Shown: positions 17,360-27,547 of the stretch, in pieces
Position numbering within the stretch: the stretch's first letter is position 1
How the letters are laid out: each line of letters begins with the position of its first letter
Assembly: GCF_001457595.1 (NCBI RefSeq)
Contig: NZ_LN831039.1
Span: 5,160,001 to 5,192,000 of the forward strand
Source of the DNA: Mycolicibacterium smegmatis
GTDB lineage: Bacteria > Actinomycetota > Actinomycetes > Mycobacteriales > Mycobacteriaceae
Reading direction: 5' to 3'
DNA: 32,000 nucleotides
Notes under the pieces: model-generated
Database searches by the model: none
What the model was told of the DNA's origin: nothing
What the model saw: the letters and a program-made list of their open reading frames with translations, nothing else
Translations under genes and position numbers: made by a program

Positions 17360-18427
17360 ATGGCGAAGTTCCGGGCGACCCGTGCCTACCCCAACGCCGA
17401 CATCCACGCCCCGGTGGCACACGCGATGGTCGACTGCGGTGTCTACTGCGACGGAACCCGCCTGCCCGGCAAGTACACTCACGCAGCCGCGGTGGACAAG
17501 GTGCGCGAATTGCAGTCCGCGGGCAAGAAGGCATTCGTGTGGATCGGCCTGCACGAGCCCGACGAGTTCCAGATGCAGTCCGTGGCAGACGTTTTCAGTC
17601 TGCACGAACTCGCCGTCGAGGACGCGGTGCACGCGCACCAACGGCCCAAGCTCGAACGCTACGACACCACACTCTTCCTGGTGCTCAAGACCATCAACTA
17701 CGTCGAGCACGATTCGATGGAGAACGCCAGGGAGATCGTCGAGACGGGTGAGATCATGGTGTTCGTCGGACCGGAGTTCGTCGTCACCGTGCGGCACGGC
17801 GACCACAGCGGCCTCGCGGGCGTGCGCAAACGCCTCGATTCCTCGCCGTCGATCCTCAAGCTCGGACCGTTCGCGGTCATGCACGCGATCGCCGACCACG
17901 TGGTGGACAGCTACCTCGATGTCACCGATCTCATCGAGACCGACATCGACGCCATGGAAGAGGACGTCTTCTCGCCGCGCAGCCGGTCCGGCATCGAGTA
18001 CATCTACCTGCTCAAGCGCGAGGTCGTGGAGATGCGCCGCGCGGTCGCCCCGCTGACCCAGGCCCTGTCGCGGCTGCTCACCGACCACAACGACCTCATC
18101 TCGGTCGAGGTGCGCCGCTACATGCGCGACGTGCTCGACCACAACGTGATCGCGTCCGAGCGGGTCGCGAGCTACGACGAGATGCTCAGCTCACTCGTAC
18201 AGGCCGCGCTCGGCAAGATCGCGGTGCAGCAGAACGTGGACATGCGCAAGATCTCGGCGTGGGTCGCGATCGCCGCGGTGCCGACCGCGCTCGCGGGCAT
18301 CTACGGCATGAACTTCGACAACATGCCCGAATTACATTGGGCGTGGGGCTATCCCGCCGTGCTGTGCGTGATGGCCGTGGTGTGTTTCGTGCTGTACCGC
18401 ACGTTCCGGCGCAACAACTGGCTCTAG
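17360..18427 (+). CDS. corA: CorA magnesium/cobalt transporter
   Basis: ATG preceded by GAAGGGAGG. YGMNF signature (AGIYGMNFDNMPEL) between the two C-terminal TM helices. Confidence 0.93.
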   Translation: MAKFRATRAYPNADIHAPVAHAMVDCGVYCDGTRLPGKYTHAAAVDKVRELQSAGKKAFVWIGLHEPDEFQMQSVADVFSLHELAVEDAVHAHQRPKLERYDTTLFLVLKTINYVEHDSMENAREIVETGEIMVFVGPEFVVTVRHGDHSGLAGVRKRLDSSPSILKLGPFAVMHAIADHVVDSYLDVTDLIETDIDAMEEDVFSPRSRSGIEYIYLLKREVVEMRRAVAPLTQALSRLLTDHNDLISVEVRRYMRDVLDHNVIASERVASYDEMLSSLVQAALGKIAVQQNVDMRKISAWVAIAAVPTALAGIYGMNFDNMPELHWAWGYPAVLCVMAVVCFVLYRTFRRNNWL

Positions 18428-18431
18428 AGCC

Positions 18432-19037
18432 TCAGGAGGGACTGGCCGCGCGCCGTGCCGGGTCGAGCACGTCGACCCCGTCGGTCTGCCACGCCTCGCG
18501 CATCGCGTCGGCACCCTTGAGCCGCACCCACGCCGCCTCGGTCGCGGTGATGGGTGTTGCGGTCAGAAGTTTCACGGGCGAGAGCGGATCCGGCAGGGTC
18601 ACCTCGCCGATGTCGCTGAGGCCCAACAGATATGCCGTGAAGGGCGCGGTCTCGAACACCGGGTTTTCCAGGTCGATCAGCGCGTCGGCGTCGAGGATCA
18701 GGCCCTCGACCGCCGGTGCGGCCGCGACCACCGCGAGCGAGCGTGCGAGACCTGTCGGCGTCGGACCGCGCAGCGACAGCATCACCTCTGCGCGCGGACC
18801 GTGGATCGGATCCGACACCAACTCGGTCGGGTCGAACATCGGGTGCCGCGAACAGCCAAGCGTCACATAGTGGTACACATCGGCACCCTCGGTGCGCGGG
18901 TCCGGCCCGTAGCGCAGGACGTCGATGCGCTCGGTCCCGAGGAACGTCACGCTCGCGCTCACCGGCTCAGCGGTGATCCCCGCCGCCGTGAAATATTCGT
19001 CCAGGCGGGCCCTGACGGCAGCCAGGACGTCGATCAC
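18432..19037 (-). CDS. Suppressor-of-fused (SUFU)-like domain protein, function unknown
   Basis: 201 aa. The GTG start overlaps the sugC stop (GTGA, 19034-19037). The segment IDVLRYGP…[13 protein letters not shown] resembles bacterial SUFU-family proteins, judged from memory and not searched. Confidence 0.55.
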   Translation of the reverse strand: MIDVLAAVRARLDEYFTAAGITAEPVSASVTFLGTERIDVLRYGPDPRTEGADVYHYVTLGCSRHPMFDPTELVSDPIHGPRAEVMLSLRGPTPTGLARSLAVVAAAPAVEGLILDADALIDLENPVFETAPFTAYLLGLSDIGEVTLPDPLSPVKLLTATPITATEAAWVRLKGADAMREAWQTDGVDVLDPARRAASPS

Positions 19038-20254
19038 CCGGCGTCCGGCCCCGCCGCTTCGGTGGGATCCGTCGGCGTGATGTCACGGGTCAGGTTCAGA
19101 CCCGTTGCGGCGTCGAAGATCGACAGCTTGGTGGTGTCGATGGCCAGTTCGATCTGCTCACCCGTGCGCACCCGCGAGTCCGCGGACACCCGGGCGATGA
19201 ACTGGTTGGTGCCGGCACCCGAATCCGCTGCGAGTTCGGCCAATTGGGCCGATTCGGCACCGGCACCCTCGGTGGTGAAGTGCACGTACTTGTCGGCACC
19301 GAGCGATTCGACGATGTCGGCACGCACCGAGAACGTCAGCGCGCGGATGCGCGCGTAGCCGTCGAGCAGCGCGGAGTCCTCGATGTGCTCGGGCCGGATT
19401 CCGACGATGATGTTCTCGGGCCGGGCCTGCTTGTCCAGCAGGTCGAGCATGTGCGGGGTCAGCGTCACCTCGCCGAACGGCAGGCGCACACCGACATCGG
19501 TACGCGTCGCCGGGAAGAAGTTCATCGCGGGCGAACCGATGAAGCCGGCCACGAACAGGTTGGCGGGGCTGCTGTAGAGCTCGTCGGGCGTGCCGATCTG
19601 CTGCACCTCACCGGAGAGCATCACCACCACGCGGTCGCCCAGCGTCATCGCCTCGGTCTGGTCGTGCGTGACGTAGACCGTGGTGGTGCCCAGGCGATCC
19701 TGCAGCCGCGAGATCTCCGCGCGCATCTGCACGCGCAGCTTGGCGTCGAGGTTGCTCAGCGGCTCGTCCATGAGGAATGCCTTGGGGCTGCGCACGATTG
19801 CGCGTCCCATCGCCACACGCTGACGCTGGCCACCCGAGAGCTGACCGGGTTTGCGGTCGAGCAGTTCGCTGAGATCGAGGATCTTCGCGGTCTCCTCGAC
19901 CTTGGTGGCGATCTCAGCCTTGGGCACCTTGGCCAGCGTGAGCGGGAACGCGATGTTCTGCCGCACCGTCATGTGCGGGTAGAGCGCGTAGGACTGGAAC
20001 ACCATCGCGATGTCACGGTCCTTGGGCGCCTTCTCGTTGACGCGTTCGCCGCCGATGCGCAGCTCACCGGAGGTGATCTCCTCCAGACCGGCAATCATGT
20101 TGAGCGTGGTCGACTTTCCGCATCCGGACGGTCCGACCAGGATGATGAACTCGCCGTCGGCGATCGTCATCGAGAACTCTTTGACGGCCGCCCTGACACC
20201 GCCTGCGCCGTCGGGGTAACTCTTGGTCACCCGATCCAACACAATTTCGGCCAT
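19034..20254 (-). CDS. sugC: Trehalose ABC importer ATP-binding subunit SugC (MalK-like)
   Basis: Walker [10 protein letters not shown], signature LSGGQRQR, Walker B FLMDEPLS, and a C-terminal MalK-type regulatory domain. Synteny with sugB, sugA and lpqY. Confidence 0.95.
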   Translation of the reverse strand: MAEIVLDRVTKSYPDGAGGVRAAVKEFSMTIADGEFIILVGPSGCGKSTTLNMIAGLEEITSGELRIGGERVNEKAPKDRDIAMVFQSYALYPHMTVRQNIAFPLTLAKVPKAEIATKVEETAKILDLSELLDRKPGQLSGGQRQRVAMGRAIVRSPKAFLMDEPLSNLDAKLRVQMRAEISRLQDRLGTTTVYVTHDQTEAMTLGDRVVVMLSGEVQQIGTPDELYSSPANLFVAGFIGSPAMNFFPATRTDVGVRLPFGEVTLTPHMLDLLDKQARPENIIVGIRPEHIEDSALLDGYARIRALTFSVRADIVESLGADKYVHFTTEGAGAESAQLAELAADSGAGTNQFIARVSADSRVRTGEQIELAIDTTKLSIFDAATGLNLTRDITPTDPTEAAGPDAG

Positions 20255-20258
20255 CCAA

Positions 20259-21094
20259 TTACCCCTTTACCGCACCGGATGTCAGGCCAGCGACGATGCG
20301 CCGCTGGAAGATCAGAACAAAGATGATGATCGGGATCGTGATGACCATCGCGCCTGCCGCGATGGATCCTGTCGGCTCCTCGAACTGCGAGCTGCCCGTG
20401 AAGTTCGCGATCGCCACGGGCGCGGTGATCGCCCGCTGGGTCGCGGTGAGCGACAACGCCAGCAGCAGGTCGTTCCACGCGAAGATGAACACCAGGATCG
20501 CGGCCGTGACGATGCCGGGGGCCGCCAGCGGCGCGATGACCTTGCGGAACGCCTGTGCGGGCGTGGCCCCGTCCATCTTCGCGGCCTTCTCCAGATCCCA
20601 AGGGATCTCACGGAAGAACGCCGAGAGCGTGTAGATCGCCAGCGGCAGCGCGAACGTGATGTACGGGATGATCAGGCCGGGCCACGTATCGAACAGCCCG
20701 ATGCCGCGCCACATGTTGAAGATCGGTGTGACCAGCGAGATGTGCGGGAACATCGCGATGAGCAGCGCGACGCCGATCAGCAGTTGCTTGCCCGGGAACT
20801 GCAGGCGCGCCACGGCGTACGCCGCCATACCGCCGATGACGACCGCGATGATCGTGGTGATCAACCCGATGCCGATCGAGTTGAACAGTGCCGAGGTGAA
20901 CGCGTCACCCGAGAAGATCGCCTTGTAGTTCGCGAACGTGATCTCCGACGGAATCAGCTTGCCGTCCTTGACGCTCGACGTCGGCTTGAGCGACAGGCTG
21001 AGGATCCACAGCACCGGGATCAGCGCATAGACGATCACCAGGACGTTGACGACGCTCCACCACGTTGCCCGCCGGGCATCCACCCGATCGGCCA

Positions 21095-21095
<1 letters not shown>
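20259..21095 (-). CDS. sugB: Trehalose ABC importer permease SugB
   Basis: Six-TMS permease with EAA loop [25 protein letters not shown]. The start overlaps the sugA stop (TGATG). Confidence 0.93.
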
Positions 21096-24083
<2,988 letters not shown>

Positions 24084-24139
24084 CTATCTCACTCTCCATC
24101 TGTGCCGTCCGTGCCCAGGGCGGCCGGTTGACTGTGCGC

Positions 24140-24145
24140 TAGGTT
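24140..24145 (+). promoter_or_regulatory. Candidate -10 hexamer (TAGGTT) for a leaderless transcript starting at ATG 24152
   Basis: TANNNT match ending exactly 6 nt before the A of the ATG. No Shine-Dalgarno sequence. Confidence 0.4.
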
Positions 24146-24151
24146 GAAAGC

Positions 24152-24601
24152 ATGACAAACCCGGACGGCCCAGCGGGCGGAACGCCGCCATCCGGATCGG
24201 GCGAACCTCCCGCCTACCAGCCCGGATACCCGCCGGCGCAGCCGGATCCGTTTGCGCCGGTGGACTATCCCTACTCTCCCCCACCCGCCGCGTTTCCGCC
24301 GCCCTACCCGCCGCCGCAGCCCGGATTCTCCTACGCGCCGTTCGATCCGTACGGCAGGCCGCCCGGCACCAACGGGCTCGCGATCGCGTCGCTGGTGTGC
24401 TCGCTGGCGGGAATGTTGTGCTGCCTGCCCGGCCTCGCCGGGCTGGTCCTCGGCATCCTCGGGATGCGCGAGACCCGCCGCACCGGTCAGGACGGCTACG
24501 GGATCGCCGTGGCGGGCACCGTGATCGGTGCCTTCGTCACCGTGGGCATCGCGTTGTACTTCGTCCTGCTCCTCATCGGCGCGGCCGTCGCGCCCAACTG
24601 A
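24152..24601 (+). CDS. Proline-rich DUF4190-type small membrane protein
   Basis: 149 aa. Pro/Tyr-rich N-terminal half (PPYPPPQPGFSYAPFDPYGRPPG), then two TM helices with the DUF4190-like pattern (NGLAIASLVCSLAGMLCCLPGLAGLVLGILG…GYGIAVAG). Confidence 0.75.
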   Translation: MTNPDGPAGGTPPSGSGEPPAYQPGYPPAQPDPFAPVDYPYSPPPAAFPPPYPPPQPGFSYAPFDPYGRPPGTNGLAIASLVCSLAGMLCCLPGLAGLVLGILGMRETRRTGQDGYGIAVAGTVIGAFVTVGIALYFVLLLIGAAVAPN

Positions 24602-24623
24602 GCGCCGGACCGAGCCCGCTCAG
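24598..24623. terminator. Inverted repeat spanning the two convergent stop codons (possible bidirectional terminator)
   Basis: CTGAGCG (24598-24604) pairs with CGCTCAG (24617-24623); 12-nt loop. The TGA and TCA stops lie inside the arms. Confidence 0.3.
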
Positions 24624-25603
24624 GCCGGCGGGCGGAACCGCTCGCCGGTGCGCGAGAGCCCGGCCGCGCGCCCCTTGGCGGCGATCACCAGCGCCATCTT
24701 GCGGCTGGCCTCGTCGATCATCTCGTCGCCGAGCATGACCGCGCCCCTGGCGCCGCCTGCCTGCGAGGTGTGCCACTCGTAGGCCTCGAGGATCAGTTCG
24801 GCGTGGTCGTAGTCTTTCTGGCGCGGCGCGAAGATCTCGTTGCCCGCCGCGATCTGATCGGGATGCAGCACCCACTTGCCGTCGTAGCCCAACGCCGCCG
24901 AACGCGCCGCGACGCGGCGGAACCCTTCGACGTCGCGCACCTTCACGTACGGACCGTCGATCGCGTTGATGCCGTGCGCGCGTGCGGCGATCAGAATCCG
25001 CATCAGCACGTGGTGGTGTGCGTCGCCGATGTCGTAACCGTCGGGCTGGCCGCCGACCTCGAGCGTGCGCATCCGCAGGCTCGCCGCCATGTCACCCGGG
25101 CCGAGCACCAGCGCCTGCACCCGCGGGCCCGCCGCGATGGCCTCGACGTTGGTCAGACCGAGGGCATCCTCGATCTGCGGTTCGATGCCGATGCGGCCGA
25201 CAGGCAGGCCGTGGGTCTGCTCCAACTGCGTCAGCAGCAGATCGAGCGCGTGCACGTGCGACACGTCGGTCACCTTGGGCAGCACGATCAGGTCGAGATG
25301 CGCACCGGCCGTGGAGACCACCTCGATGACGTCGGAGTACGTCCACGGCGTGGTCCAGTCGTTGACCCGCACGCCGCGCAACTGCCCGGCCCACCCGTCC
25401 TCGGCGAGCGCCACCGCGACCTGCGTGCGCGCCTGCGCCTTGGCGTCGGCCGCGACCGCGTCTTCGAGGTCGAGGAAGACCTGATCCGCAGGCAGGGTCT
25501 TCGCCTTTTCGATCATCTTCGCGCTGCTTCCCGGAACCGAGAGGCAGGTTCTACGGGGCCGATACGTGTTCTCCACGCCCACAGTCTCTACCCTTTGACT
25601 CAT
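24620..25603 (-). CDS. HpcH/HpaI aldolase - citrate lyase beta (CitE) / malyl-CoA lyase-like enzyme
   Basis: Motifs RPRRTCLSVPGSSAKMIEKAKTLPADQVFLDLEDAVA, IEPQIEDALGL and DGKWVLHPDQI align by eye with Methylobacterium malyl-CoA lyase (from memory). The start is uncertain: ATG 25603, GTG 25582 or GTG 25576. Confidence 0.85.
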   Translation of the reverse strand: MSQRVETVGVENTYRPRRTCLSVPGSSAKMIEKAKTLPADQVFLDLEDAVAADAKAQARTQVAVALAEDGWAGQLRGVRVNDWTTPWTYSDVIEVVSTAGAHLDLIVLPKVTDVSHVHALDLLLTQLEQTHGLPVGRIGIEPQIEDALGLTNVEAIAAGPRVQALVLGPGDMAASLRMRTLEVGGQPDGYDIGDAHHHVLMRILIAARAHGINAIDGPYVKVRDVEGFRRVAARSAALGYDGKWVLHPDQIAAGNEIFAPRQKDYDHAELILEAYEWHTSQAGGARGAVMLGDEMIDEASRKMALVIAAKGRAAGLSRTGERFRPPA

Positions 25604-26888
25604 GGCGGCGGTGAACAGGGTCTACGCGGCCCGGCTTGCGGGGTTGGTGGTTCTCGGCCCCGACGGCGAATCCATCGGCCGTGTACGCGATGTGGTGATC
25701 AGCATCAGTATCGTCCGCCAGCAGCCGAGGGTCATCGGCCTGGTCGTCGAATTGCTCACCCGCAGAAGGATTTTCGTACCGATCCTGCGCGTCACCGCGA
25801 TCGAGCCGGGTGCGGTCACACTCGCGACGGGCAGTGTTTCGCTGCGCAAGTTCGTCCAGCGGCCCGGTGAGGTGCTGGTGCTGGGCCAGGTGCTGGAGAC
25901 GCGCGTGCGCGTGGAGGATCCGGACCTGCCCGAGCTCGCCGGGGTGGACGTCGTGGTGGTCGACCTGGGCATCGAGCAGACCCGGACACGCGATTGGGTG
26001 GTGACGCGCTTCGCGGTGCGCCAGCAGCGCAGGCTCGGCCGACGCAGCAACGTGTACGTCGTCGAATGGCAGAACGTGCACGGCCTCACGCCGTCGGGTC
26101 TCGCCATGCCCGATCAGGGCGTCGCCTCGCTGCTGGAGCAGTTCGAGGGACAGCGCCCCGTCGAGGTCGCCGAGGCGTTGCGCGAGCTCCCGCCCAAACG
26201 GCGCTACGAGCTGTTCCGCGCCTTCGACGACGACCGGCTCGCCGACGTGCTCGCGGAGCTTCCCGAGGATGAGCAGGCCGACGTGCTGCGCGGGCTCAAC
26301 ACCGAACGTGCCGCGCTCGTGCTTGAGGCCATGGACCCCGACGACGCGGCCGACCTGCTGGGCGCGATGACGCCCGCCGATGCCGAGGTGCTGCTGGGCC
26401 GGATGGACCCCGAGGACTCCGAGGACGTGCGACGGCTGCTGGCCCACTCCCCCGACACCGCGGGCGGTCTGATGACCTCCGAGCCCGTGGTCCTCGCTCC
26501 CGACACCACGGTCGCCGAGGCGCTCGCGCGTGTGCGCGACCCCGACCTCACACCCGCACTGGCGTCGCTCGCCTTCGTCGCGCGCCCGCCGACCGCGACG
26601 CCCACGGGGCACTACCTGGGCTGCGTACACCTGCAACGCCTGCTGCGCGAACCGCCGGCCACGCTGGTCAGCGGCATCGTCGACAACGATCTGCCCACGC
26701 TGAGCCCCGAGGACTCCCTCGCCGCGGTGACCCGCTACTTCGCGGCGTACAACCTGGTGTGCGGGCCTGTCGTCGATTCGCAGAACCACCTGGTGGGCGC
26801 GGTCTCGGTCGATGACGTGCTCGATCACCTGCTACCGGACGACTGGCGCGAGACCGACGAACCCGAACTCCGGGTGAGCGGCTCATGA
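25602..26888 (+). CDS. PRC-barrel-like + MgtE N-domain + CBS-pair protein lacking the MgtE pore domain (Rv1232c-like)
   Basis: MgtE_N consensus stretches: VEVAEALRELP…LVLEAMDPDDAADLLGAM…VRRLLAHSPDTAGGLMTSEPVVL. These are followed by CBS-like repeats. The protein ends right after the CBS pair and has no TM segments. Confidence 0.85.
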   Translation: MAAVNRVYAARLAGLVVLGPDGESIGRVRDVVISISIVRQQPRVIGLVVELLTRRRIFVPILRVTAIEPGAVTLATGSVSLRKFVQRPGEVLVLGQVLETRVRVEDPDLPELAGVDVVVVDLGIEQTRTRDWVVTRFAVRQQRRLGRRSNVYVVEWQNVHGLTPSGLAMPDQGVASLLEQFEGQRPVEVAEALRELPPKRRYELFRAFDDDRLADVLAELPEDEQADVLRGLNTERAALVLEAMDPDDAADLLGAMTPADAEVLLGRMDPEDSEDVRRLLAHSPDTAGGLMTSEPVVLAPDTTVAEALARVRDPDLTPALASLAFVARPPTATPTGHYLGCVHLQRLLREPPATLVSGIVDNDLPTLSPEDSLAAVTRYFAAYNLVCGPVVDSQNHLVGAVSVDDVLDHLLPDDWRETDEPELRVSGS

Positions 26889-27433
26889 GCGAGCCCACAT
26901 CACGCCAGCGGCTGGACACCCCCCGCGTATGGCGTGGCCCTCGCCTGCAGGTCGACGTCGAGGCCGTCGGCCGGGTCAGCGAGTCGATCGCGCGGTTCCT
27001 CGGCACCGGACGGTATCTGGCGATCCAGACGATCTTCGTGGTGGTCTGGATCGCGCTCAACCTGTTCGCCGTCGGCTACGAGTGGGACCCGTACCCGTTC
27101 ATCCTGCTCAACCTGGCGTTCTCGACGCAGGCCGCGTACGCCGCACCGCTGATCCTGCTGGCGCAGAACCGTCAGGAGAACCGCGACCGCGTCTCACTCG
27201 AAGAGGACCGTCGCCGGGCCGAGCAGACCAAGGCCGACACCGAGTTCCTGGCCCGTGAGCTCGCGTCGCTGCGCCTGGCGATCGGCGAGGTCGCGACGCG
27301 CGATTACCTGCGGCGTGAGCTTGAGGAGATCCGCGACATGATCAGCGAACTGCAGCAACCCCCGCCGACCACCGATCGGGCCGGCTCAGGCAAAGGCGAC
27401 GGCGGCGAGCGCCGGTCCAAACGCGGTGGCTGA
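26885..27433 (+). CDS. DUF1003 family membrane protein (Rv1231c-like)
   Basis: ATGA overlap with the upstream stop. DUF1003 core WDPYPFILLNLAFSTQAAYAAPLILLAQNRQ, two TM helices, and a charged coiled-coil-like C-terminus. Confidence 0.8.
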   Translation: MSEPTSRQRLDTPRVWRGPRLQVDVEAVGRVSESIARFLGTGRYLAIQTIFVVVWIALNLFAVGYEWDPYPFILLNLAFSTQAAYAAPLILLAQNRQENRDRVSLEEDRRRAEQTKADTEFLARELASLRLAIGEVATRDYLRRELEEIRDMISELQQPPPTTDRAGSGKGDGGERRSKRGG

Positions 27434-27547
27434 GCCCGTCGCTCCGAAATGACCACCCCATTGTCGCAACAGGAGAACCTGTACTAGGTATGGTGACTTG
27501 GTTCACAAACGACGGTTGTCAGACTGAGCGGACCTAAGGACGGTTAA

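Noticed and set aside
18420-18431. A perfect 12-bp palindrome GGCTCTAGAGCC (it contains a rare XbaI/CTAG site) at the corA/SUFU-like convergence.
   Set aside because: It is too short to fold stably: at most a 4-bp stem. The CTAG core is simply the corA TAG stop codon in context. No flanking repeats or U-tracts are present.
27434-27547. A possible c-di-AMP (ydaO-type) riboswitch upstream of the cell-wall hydrolase gene, as seen before some actinobacterial rpf and hydrolase genes.
   Set aside because: I could not find the conserved ydaO core strings (ACGGGGA, GGGGUGAAUC, CCGACAGCUAACC-like), and the region is shorter than the typical element. An Infernal scan would be needed to be sure.
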